Below are positions 8,581 to 16,657 of a stretch of 64,000 nucleotides of DNA, piece by piece. The stretch covers positions 32,001 through 96,000 of the forward strand of contig JBMOMC010000007.1 of the NCBI GenBank assembly GCA_049325335.1, written 5' to 3'. This DNA is from Nitrospirota bacterium. Its GTDB lineage: Bacteria; Nitrospirota; Nitrospiria; 2-01-FULL-66-17. Under the pieces are notes generated by a model. That model saw only the letters and a program-made list of their open reading frames with translations, ran no database searches and was not told where the DNA came from. Both the position numbers and the translations under genes were made by a program. The stretch's first letter is position 1; the number at the start of each line of letters is the position of its first letter.

Positions 8581-11500
8581 CTACCGTTGCAACATGGACA
8601 CCGGACCAGGAACCGAACCAACGGCGGCTTGCGGCTCGTCGGCGCCGGGAACTTCGGCCGTCTTCCCGCCCACCGTGCCTCCGCCGTTGAGCGGCTGGAT
8701 CTTCCGATCAGCGGCCGGGAGCACCCGGAGGTATCCCCATTGACCGGCCTGCGTATACGGCATCCGGTGGTTCTGCCACACGTAGGTTCCGGGAATATGG
8801 TACGGACCTCCGGCGCCTTCCTTGAGGAAGACATCGAGGTTCTCGGACCCGCCAAACTGCAGCGAGCTCATCATATCCGCCCCTTCCATGTCGGGCTTGA
8901 GCGGCCACTGATGCCCTTCAAGGCTGAACACCTGGTTCTGTTCATTGAACGCGCCGAACACATGGATCCTCACCGGATCTCCGGCGTGCGCCAGAATCGT
9001 CGGCGTGGCCGGCTCGGCGTCGGCCGCGACACAGGGCGTGAACATCAATCCCAGTTCGCAGCCTTGCTCCTCGCGATAGCTCCACGGTTCGATCCGATAG
9101 TTCACGCCGGTCAGCCCCGCGATCTGCTGGATGTAGGGCATGAACGAGGTGCCGATGATGTTGTCCTCATCCTGGAAGAATAATGAGGCGTCGCGGTAGT
9201 CCGATCGCGTGGCGTTCTCCGGAATCGACCGATCGATGATCACGTCGGCCTGCCAGGAGTTCTTGAGCGACACGTCTTCGCCCGTCACGGGGTCGCGATA
9301 CTTCGAACCCTTCGGCCCCACGATGATCGCGCCGAAGAGTCCGTCGCGCACGCCGTTGATGAAATTCCCCCAATCCCACACCAACGCCGCGTTCTCGCCG
9401 TATTGCGGATGCGCGTAGAAGGTGTAGGTCCGGGTCTTGCCGGGCGCCACGGTCTGATCACCCGGGTTGTTGCCCACGTTCACCCCGTGCGAATCCTTCG
9501 GATCGAACGCGAGCATATCCGCGCTGAACGAGGCATTGTCCTTCTTCATCTCGTTCTTCAAGTTGATCTTGACGCAGTCGCCCACGTTCACGTGCAGGGT
9601 TAGCGGCATCGGCTGCGTGCCGCCGGTGGCGACCTTGGACTTCTCACCCTCGAGCATAAAGATCTTGCCCGACGGGTTGCTCACTTGCAGCTTCCGGTCA
9701 AAATCCACCTCGATCACGTCCGGCGCGCTCGGATTGTATTTCAAGGCGCGATCCGCCGCGATCACGCTGAACGTCTTGACCGGAGCATCCGCCGGGCACA
9801 CCGACTTCGCCGAAGCGGGAATCTCGTCACGCCCCGGGAGCTTCTGCAGGTCCTTGGTTTCCTTGTCCAGCACCCGGACGATCCCCCAGCTCCCTTCCGA
9901 GAGGTGGGAGGCTCGGCCGTTGTAGTGCAGGTAATCGCCCGCGATCTGTTGGGCGCCCCCCGCCTTGGTGACCAGGTCATACCGCTCCGCGATTCCGACG
10001 TGCCACGCGTTCTTCAGATCGGATTTTTCCGCGTACCGTTCGGTTCGGAACGCGTGCCCGGCCAAATGCCAGGTATGGCTTTCATTCATCAGCGTGTGCA
10101 ACAGACGGAACACCATGGTGTCGCCGACGTACGCCCGCATCATCGGGGTGCTCGGGTCCTGGTGGGTCTTGCTGGAGAAGATCAACGTCGGATCCGGGTT
10201 GTTCTTCAAACGACGGGCCACGGATTCGGCGCGGAAGTTGAATCCCCCGCCCGTGGTGTGGGTCCCGCCGTTCAACATCTTCACTGCCGCCAGATCCAGG
10301 TCGTACGGCATCTGGAACGAGAGCGTCTGGCCCGCGTCGATCGCGACCTGCACGCTCTGGCCCGGCGGGTTGCCCTCGGTGACCACCTGCGCCGTGGTGG
10401 GCACGGTATCGTGCGGCATCACGACCAATTCCCGGAAGCTCCCGTTGACCCCGTAACCGATCGGCTCGGTGGAGTGAATATCCGCCACCGGCCCGCTGCG
10501 AATCGGTTCTCCCGTCTTGGGATCGTGATACGTGGAGCCGTAGGGCTCCACGATCATGGCGCCGACCCCGCCGTGCGGCCAGGTCGTGGCGCCGAACGAG
10601 TGGTCGTGCCAGAACACGGTCCCGATGTCGGAATCCACCCACATCCGGTATCGGACGAACTCCACCGTGGCGATCTCGTTCTTCTTGTGGTCGAACCGCA
10701 GGGGTTCGGCAAACGTCACGGTGTCGCCCTTGATGTCCTTGATCCAGAGCACCTCCGACGTTTTCACCTCGTCCGCGCCGATCATCAAGTCGGTGCCGAC
10801 GTGAAACGGCGTCGCGTCCTCGGCCATCTTGATCTTGATGGAGGTCGCGCCGGCTCTGACGTCTTCGGTGAGCAGGGCGTTCATGGGCGTCGGAAGGCCT
10901 TTGTGTTTCTCTTTGTGCATCTGGACGAACGGCCGCACCGACTGCTCGTAGGAGAAGCCGGTGATCACGCCGTCCGACGCCTGATTGTCGAACTGAATGA
11001 AGTGCGGGTGGATGTTGATCTTGGACATCTGGAAGTTCGTGGTGTCGTTGTCCACCCATTCGCTCTTGAGAATCACGTCCACGCAGTCGTACACGTTCGC
11101 GCGATAGACCAACGGGATGGTCTTGTCGCCGGACGGGTTGGCGCGAACCTCGTCCTCGTTTTCCTTGAGGACGTAGAGCAAACCGTTCTTGTCGACCACG
11201 GGTTGCTGTTTGCCCAGCCCCTTGGTCAACTGAATGCCGGTCTGAATGAAGTGGATCGTGTACTGCTTGCGTCCCGCGTTTTCCGGGCACAGGCTCCACC
11301 GCCCTTGTTCACCCGGCCGAGCGGGCTGATTCGTCTCCTCGCCGATCGCGCCCTTGCTGCCGGGATCGCTCGCCAAGGCCCCGTTGTTCTTGTCCATGTG
11401 GATCGGTTCCAACCACGGCGCAGGGCCGTGGTGGCGCGCAAACGGCACGCGTTTCCCGAAATGCGGCTTGAAGTGCGGCCACGCCAGCTTACCCGTCTTG

Positions 11501-13503
11501 GCGTCGAATAGGATCGGCGGACGCTTGCCGGGCATCGGCGACTTGTACTTCGGATGGTCGAAGGTGCCGGTCGCTTCCGGCTCGCCCAACGCCTTGTTGC
11601 CGTCCCACGTCCAGTCCCACACGGTCGCGTCGTAGGCCGTGATCTGGCCCTTCTCATCCGCGGTGTGGCCCGGCTGCCCGGCCGGGGGCACCATCATCTT
11701 GACCCAGTCCTTGATCGACACGTCCGGGATCGGCTTGGACCAGTCGGACTTATCCGCGGTGATCTTCCACTTCTTGTCGTACCAATCCATGGTCTTGCCG
11801 ATCAACTGATCGGACGTCACGGCCGGCTTCATCCGGCCCTTGCGATCCGGCAGTTCCAGCAACGGCGGCATCACGTCCGTGCTGCCCATCGGATAATTCC
11901 CGACCTGTAAGACGTTGTACGTCCTGGCGTACCCCCACATCCCGGCCACGTAGTGGTGCGCCACGTGGCAGTGGAAGAGGAAGTCGCCGGCCAGTTGTTG
12001 ACACAACCCGGACCCGCACTCGTTTTGGAGATCGACCACCTCGGTCGGACCGATCACCTGCACGTCCACGCGGTCCGATGTGGTGCGGACCTCGGGGAAC
12101 TTGATCGGCCCGTTCTGCGCCGCGGTCAGGAGAAAATCGGCTTTTCCGTCGGCCTTAGGCTGACGGAGCCAGCGGATGGTTCCGCCGTGCGGGTGGTGCG
12201 AGTGAAACACCTCGCCGCCGCCGTGCACCAACCGCCATTTGACCGGGTCGCCCATGTAGGCGCGGGGGATCGTGGTCGGTACGTCGGCGAACGTGTACGA
12301 GCTGTACGACAGCGACTCGTCTTCGTGATGGAAGTATTTCTCCTGCAACGCCAGGTTGTTCACGCCAAACGGCTCGCTGCGATAGCTGATGGCGCGCGCC
12401 GAGGGGCGATACGCGTCCGTGTTCGGATCGCGCTGCGGAATGGTCTCCCCGCTGCGGTTCAGCGGTCGAAATGACTCGTCGCCGATCTCGTGGTAGAAGA
12501 TCACGAACTCGCGGAAGTCCGGTTTGTCCGGGTGCGCGACCATCATCTGCCACCCGCTCTTGGCTTCCTTGCCGCTGATGGGATCGATGTACGTGGAACC
12601 CATCGGCTCCACGATGAAGGACCCGATCATGCCCAGGCTCGCCTGCTCGCGGCCCACGTGGCTGTGCAGCATGTGCACGCCTTCCTGTTCGGTCGGGCCG
12701 ATGTACCACTCGAACACCTGGCTCTTGCCGGGCGCCACGTTCGCGTCCGGGTTGGCCGCGGTCGCGGGCGCCCCGGTCGACTGCACGATGAAGCTCGATC
12801 CGTGCACGTGCATGCCGACGTCTTCGCCGTCCAACGCGTTGCGCAAGGTGACCACGACGCAGTCGCCCTGGTTGCCGCGGATGTTGAGCGGCTGGATCAC
12901 GTCGGTCTGCATCCCGGTGGTCACGGCGCCGGGATCATAGCCGGGCTTCTTGCGCGCTTCCCGGTTGATCTTCTCCTCCTGCCGGACCTTGTCGATGTTC
13001 TCGGTCAACACGTACATGTAGCCCGAGTGGAAATCGAGCCATTGATTGAGTGTGATCTCCACGTTGATCGCGGAGATGTCGTAGTTTTTGACCGGCGCGC
13101 CCTTGGGACAGCGGCCGCCCATGGAGACCGACTCGCCCGAGGCAGGGCCCAAGAAATAGCTGCGATCCATCTGCTGCATCATGCCCATGCCGCTGAACGC
13201 CCCGCCACCGGTGTGGGTCGCGTGGTCCTCGGTGCCCTTGGCGATCTCGTCCATGAGCTTTTGCATGGCCGCGTCGACTTGATCGCGATGTCCCGACCGG
13301 CCCTCGGCCGTGTCTTCGCGCGCGATCTGGGCCTTGAGCTTGGCCTCCCAGCTTGCGTCCGCCACCTGCGTCGTCCCGGCGGACTCGGCATGGTCCGCAT
13401 GCTCGCCATCATGACCGGGACCGGCGAACACTTTACCCGGCTGGCCGACCAACATCGCGACACCCAACCCGATGCCCCATAGGGCACGTCCGACATTCTT
13501 CAT
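8581..13503 (-). CDS. Giant (1640 aa) exported multicopper oxidase, MnxG-like six-cupredoxin-domain type (MCO-B)
   Basis: ATG 13503 with GGAGG RBS and a Sec-type signal. Copper motifs MHVHG, HSH, HSHHPHG, HCHVAHHYVAGM, IHPH, WHDH and HTWHLAGH. Confidence 0.92.
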   Translation of the reverse strand: MKNVGRALWGIGLGVAMLVGQPGKVFAGPGHDGEHADHAESAGTTQVADASWEAKLKAQIAREDTAEGRSGHRDQVDAAMQKLMDEIAKGTEDHATHTGGGAFSGMGMMQQMDRSYFLGPASGESVSMGGRCPKGAPVKNYDISAINVEITLNQWLDFHSGYMYVLTENIDKVRQEEKINREARKKPGYDPGAVTTGMQTDVIQPLNIRGNQGDCVVVTLRNALDGEDVGMHVHGSSFIVQSTGAPATAANPDANVAPGKSQVFEWYIGPTEQEGVHMLHSHVGREQASLGMIGSFIVEPMGSTYIDPISGKEAKSGWQMMVAHPDKPDFREFVIFYHEIGDESFRPLNRSGETIPQRDPNTDAYRPSARAISYRSEPFGVNNLALQEKYFHHEDESLSYSSYTFADVPTTIPRAYMGDPVKWRLVHGGGEVFHSHHPHGGTIRWLRQPKADGKADFLLTAAQNGPIKFPEVRTTSDRVDVQVIGPTEVVDLQNECGSGLCQQLAGDFLFHCHVAHHYVAGMWGYARTYNVLQVGNYPMGSTDVMPPLLELPDRKGRMKPAVTSDQLIGKTMDWYDKKWKITADKSDWSKPIPDVSIKDWVKMMVPPAGQPGHTADEKGQITAYDATVWDWTWDGNKALGEPEATGTFDHPKYKSPMPGKRPPILFDAKTGKLAWPHFKPHFGKRVPFARHHGPAPWLEPIHMDKNNGALASDPGSKGAIGEETNQPARPGEQGRWSLCPENAGRKQYTIHFIQTGIQLTKGLGKQQPVVDKNGLLYVLKENEDEVRANPSGDKTIPLVYRANVYDCVDVILKSEWVDNDTTNFQMSKINIHPHFIQFDNQASDGVITGFSYEQSVRPFVQMHKEKHKGLPTPMNALLTEDVRAGATSIKIKMAEDATPFHVGTDLMIGADEVKTSEVLWIKDIKGDTVTFAEPLRFDHKKNEIATVEFVRYRMWVDSDIGTVFWHDHSFGATTWPHGGVGAMIVEPYGSTYHDPKTGEPIRSGPVADIHSTEPIGYGVNGSFRELVVMPHDTVPTTAQVVTEGNPPGQSVQVAIDAGQTLSFQMPYDLDLAAVKMLNGGTHTTGGGFNFRAESVARRLKNNPDPTLIFSSKTHQDPSTPMMRAYVGDTMVFRLLHTLMNESHTWHLAGHAFRTERYAEKSDLKNAWHVGIAERYDLVTKAGGAQQIAGDYLHYNGRASHLSEGSWGIVRVLDKETKDLQKLPGRDEIPASAKSVCPADAPVKTFSVIAADRALKYNPSAPDVIEVDFDRKLQVSNPSGKIFMLEGEKSKVATGGTQPMPLTLHVNVGDCVKINLKNEMKKDNASFSADMLAFDPKDSHGVNVGNNPGDQTVAPGKTRTYTFYAHPQYGENAALVWDWGNFINGVRDGLFGAIIVGPKGSKYRDPVTGEDVSLKNSWQADVIIDRSIPENATRSDYRDASLFFQDEDNIIGTSFMPYIQQIAGLTGVNYRIEPWSYREEQGCELGLMFTPCVAADAEPATPTILAHAGDPVRIHVFGAFNEQNQVFSLEGHQWPLKPDMEGADMMSSLQFGGSENLDVFLKEGAGGPYHIPGTYVWQNHRMPYTQAGQWGYLRVLPAADRKIQPLNGGGTVGGKTAEVPGADEPQAAVGSVPGPVSMLQR

Positions 13504-13876
13504 GCCACCTCCCCCTTGTTTTCCGACTGCTGAACCGTTCACCCGCGACGTCCGTCCCAGCCCACTCCCAGCCCCGGACGCGGGACGACGGACGCGGTGA
13601 TCCTGCTTGAAAACCTGACCGGGCACGCGGTCCAATGCGAACCTGGCTGGATACAGTCCCTTCCCTATTAGCTTAGATCGGCGAGATGTCCAGCTTGAGG
13701 TGCCTAGAGACATTAATTCCTGCCGACTACCAGTGTTTGGTGTAGACCACTTCGGCCCATGAGGGTGGGCCATTCCACGAATTGGCGGGTCAATTACCAC
13801 GATTAAACAACTACTCGCTGCGCGTCACCTTGTTTCGAACCGTGTATTCGCTCGAACGGACATGTTGGAGCGCTTC

Positions 13877-13906
13877 CTTATACGCGGATTCCCCTTGGAC
13901 TGTCAA
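13877..13906 (-). promoter_or_regulatory. Possible sigma70 promoter for the MCO-B operon
   Basis: TTGACA (13906-13901), 18-bp spacer, TATAAG. Overlapped and flanked by TTGGAC direct repeats at 13895, 13915 and 13934. Confidence 0.5.
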
Positions 13907-14031
13907 GCAAAAATTTGGACAGTGCACAACGAGTTGGACACACACCAGGCCCAGAGGCGATCGTTAATTGAGATCATCGTGCGAACAGCGTATGATAATT
14001 CAATGTGTCCATCACCGCGCGCTAAACCCCA

Positions 14032-14619
14032 ATGAGGGGACGTCGATCGCGATCCGAGCGACCGACTCTTCAGACATGGCCGTTGCTCGGCCGAGCAGTC
14101 CTAACGCTGACGTTAGAACTTGGGATCGCCGGGCAGTCGACGGCGTCGGAGACCACGATCCAGCCTTGCGCCGATCAGCCGGGCGCCGCGACGACCATTG
14201 AAATGACGTTGGCCAAACACTGGAGACCCCGGGCCGCGGAGATCAAGCGCGAACTGCGATCCGGTCCGGGATCGATCACCACGAGGATCGCGTTCACGCC
14301 TATGGCCGCGCCGCCGATGAACATCGGCATTGGCCGGTGCGTGGACGCGGACACGGCTCGGAACGCCATCCGCGCGGCGATCGCGTACAACGGCGGGATC
14401 GAGTACCTGATCTTCCAAGACATCCTGCCGCATCGATGGATCATGATCGGCACGACGCAGGTGGCCGAGCTGTCGTGGACGCGGGTCGGCCGCGAGGACC
14501 TCGATCAGCTCAGCGCGCCCGGGCTCTCCACCGGCGAATTCCAGATGCTCTATCGGACGCTGGCAACCCCGAAAGAGCGCAAGCGGCCGTTCGGGCTCGA
14601 CGCGCCCCCCGCGCCGTAA
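14032..14619 (+). CDS. Probably exported protein of unknown function (paralogue of 4974-5528)
   Basis: PPMNIGIGR..ADTAR.AI..AIAYNGGIEYL..IMIG..DLDQLSAPGLSTGEFQMLYRTL aligns with PPRNIAIGK..ADVAR..AVDYNRGVESL..IVIG..DLQRLRDPSLSTDQFHELYRSL. Confidence 0.75.
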   Translation: MRGRRSRSERPTLQTWPLLGRAVLTLTLELGIAGQSTASETTIQPCADQPGAATTIEMTLAKHWRPRAAEIKRELRSGPGSITTRIAFTPMAAPPMNIGIGRCVDADTARNAIRAAIAYNGGIEYLIFQDILPHRWIMIGTTQVAELSWTRVGREDLDQLSAPGLSTGEFQMLYRTLATPKERKRPFGLDAPPAP

Positions 14620-14635
14620 CGCCCGGCGCGCACCC

Positions 14636-16657
14636 TTAGGGTGGCGCGCCGGGAGTATCGCTCGCGCACCGAAACCCAATGGTGTCCCGTCGCGTCTCCG
14701 GACTTGCCGCACTGCGGGTGGCGGCGCGCAGCATCACCGGGTCGCTGCGCCACGACCCGCCGCGCACCACCTTGTACCGGCCCCGAACCGGCCCCTTGGG
14801 GTTTCGCTCCGGCATCACCGCGTATTCGTCGGTGCCGCTCCAGTCCGCGACCCACTCGGCCGCATTGCCCGCCATGTTCAGCACACCATGGGGACTCTTT
14901 CCGTCGTCCAACGCGTCGACGGCCGCCAGCGCGCCGAGGCCCGCGTCGCCCCGCCCGAACACCGCGCGCCGCGCGTCCGGAGGGTCGTCGCCCCAGGGGA
15001 ACAATCGCCCGTCCTCCCCGCGGGCGGCTTTCTCCCACTCCGCCTCGGTCGGCAGGCGCCGGCCCATCGCGCGACAATACCGGTCCGCCTCATCCCACGT
15101 GACCCCCACCATCGGCCGGGCCCCGACCTCGGCGTCGACCGACGACGACTCCGCCGCGCGAGCGTCCGGCTGGGCCCGCCACCACCGCATGTAGTCCGAG
15201 ACGTCGACCTCCCGCCGATCGATCGTGTAGCGATCCAACCAAATCCGCCGTTGCGGACTCTCCGTATTGTCATAAGGCAACCACAACCCCGCGGTGGGTT
15301 CACGAGGCTCCGACCCCATCAAAAACCAGCCTGCGGGAATCTCGATCACACAAAGGGGACAGGCTGCTTTTTCACGAAAAAGCAGCCTGTCCCCTTTGTG
15401 CTCCGTGTACCGCGTCAGAAACTCGACGATCTCCCACATCTCCGCGGCGTTGAGTCCGGCGCCGGACGCCATCCGCGCCACGGTCGGCGCCCAGTCCCGC
15501 TGATTCGCGACCACGCGCCAATACGTGGCCTTGCGGCTCAGCGCGGGGTCGGTCCATCCGTGGCAGCCCGAGCATTTCTGAAACACGGCGGGAACAACGG
15601 GCGCGGGCGTTGTCACGGGCCGGACCGGTCGGTCGATCAACGACGCAATGATATCCGCGACGCGTTCCTGGACGACGCGTTCCATGGGAGCGAACCGGCG
15701 TCCCCCGTCCGACGAGAGAACCAGGCCGTGAAAGTGCGTGCCGGCGTAGAGTCGATCGGGATCGGCGGGATCCGCCGCCAAGGTTTCCACGTCATCCTTC
15801 TCGGGAAGCCCTTCGCCCACCTTGGTCCACGTCGCCCCGTGGTCGTCACTGCGATACAGCCCGCGGCGCAACACACTCACGAACACCCGGCCCTCGGGAC
15901 CCGTCATCACGAGCCGAATCCATTGCCGGTCGAATTCTGGCGCCAGGTCCGCCCAGGTTGCTCCTTGGTCCGCTGAACGGAGTACGCCGCGGTGACGCGT
16001 CCCCGCGTAGAGATGACCGCGCCCGTCGGACGCCAACGCCGTGATCGCCGCGTCACGGAGGTCCAGGCCGATCGCGCGCCACCCCCCATCGCGCGCCCCA
16101 CGCGAGAACAACGTCCCTTGCCCCAACCACACCTCTGAAGACCGCGAAAGAAACGCCGCGAGCACTTCCCCTCCCATCGCGGGCAGTCCCTGGCCGTACG
16201 CGGTCCACCGCGCGCCCTCGTCGAGGGTTTGGAACACGTCGCCGGTGGAGGTGGCGACGATCAGGCGTTCGGGGCGCGCGGGATCGAGGTATATGGCGTG
16301 GATGTTGGCGTTGCCCAACCCCGCGCTCACGGCTTCCCAGGTGCGCGCCCCATCGCGGGTGCGATACACCCCGCCGCCGTAGGTGCCCACGTACGCCACG
16401 TTCGCGTTGGTCGGATGCACGACCACGTGATACGCGCTGGTATTGAGCATTCCCTCCCGCGCGGGCAACCAGGTGCGTCCGCGGTCCGCGCTCTTGAGCA
16501 CGCCGACGGGACGGCCCGCCGCGTACAAGACCGCTGGGTTCGAGGGCGCAATCGCGATCTGGTTGATCAGCACCGGTTCGGAAACCGAGATATCCTGCGC
16601 CGCGACCGACGTCGCGAACCAGCTCCCCGCGACCAGCGCGGCCGCGACCCGCCTCAC
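14636..16657 (-). CDS. Exported fusion: BNR/Asp-box beta-propeller + mono-heme cytochrome c + FGE/SUMF1-fold domain
   Basis: GTG 16657 overlaps the upstream stop (GTGA). Signal peptide, multiple S-x-D-x-G-x-T-W boxes, CSGCH at 15560-15574, and FGE motifs IPAGWFLMGS, RLPTEAEWEKAARG, NMAGNAAEW, RGGSW, IGFRCA. Confidence 0.85.
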   Translation of the reverse strand: MRRVAAALVAGSWFATSVAAQDISVSEPVLINQIAIAPSNPAVLYAAGRPVGVLKSADRGRTWLPAREGMLNTSAYHVVVHPTNANVAYVGTYGGGVYRTRDGARTWEAVSAGLGNANIHAIYLDPARPERLIVATSTGDVFQTLDEGARWTAYGQGLPAMGGEVLAAFLSRSSEVWLGQGTLFSRGARDGGWRAIGLDLRDAAITALASDGRGHLYAGTRHRGVLRSADQGATWADLAPEFDRQWIRLVMTGPEGRVFVSVLRRGLYRSDDHGATWTKVGEGLPEKDDVETLAADPADPDRLYAGTHFHGLVLSSDGGRRFAPMERVVQERVADIIASLIDRPVRPVTTPAPVVPAVFQKCSGCHGWTDPALSRKATYWRVVANQRDWAPTVARMASGAGLNAAEMWEIVEFLTRYTEHKGDRLLFREKAACPLCVIEIPAGWFLMGSEPREPTAGLWLPYDNTESPQRRIWLDRYTIDRREVDVSDYMRWWRAQPDARAAESSSVDAEVGARPMVGVTWDEADRYCRAMGRRLPTEAEWEKAARGEDGRLFPWGDDPPDARRAVFGRGDAGLGALAAVDALDDGKSPHGVLNMAGNAAEWVADWSGTDEYAVMPERNPKGPVRGRYKVVRGGSWRSDPVMLRAATRSAASPETRRDTIGFRCASDTPGAPP

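Noticed and set aside
9685..13482. Long plus-strand ORFs (608 aa, 330 aa and others)
   Set aside because: Antisense shadows of MCO-B caused by strong GC3 bias. No recognisable motifs.
8581..13503. Calling the gene mnxG or nirK
   Set aside because: Family resemblance only. The substrate is not determinable, no mnxE/F are recognised, and the protein is far larger than NirK.
13620..13720. sigma54 promoter for MCO-B (GGCAC matches)
   Set aside because: The GG-N10-GC spacing is not satisfied on the coding strand.
13504..13800. 99-aa N-terminal extension of MCO-B in the ORF track
   Set aside because: The GGAGG RBS and signal peptide point to ATG 13503.
14636..14800. FGE/CLec C-terminus as a diversity-generating retroelement variable region
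   Set aside because: No reverse transcriptase and no template-repeat copy seen in the window.
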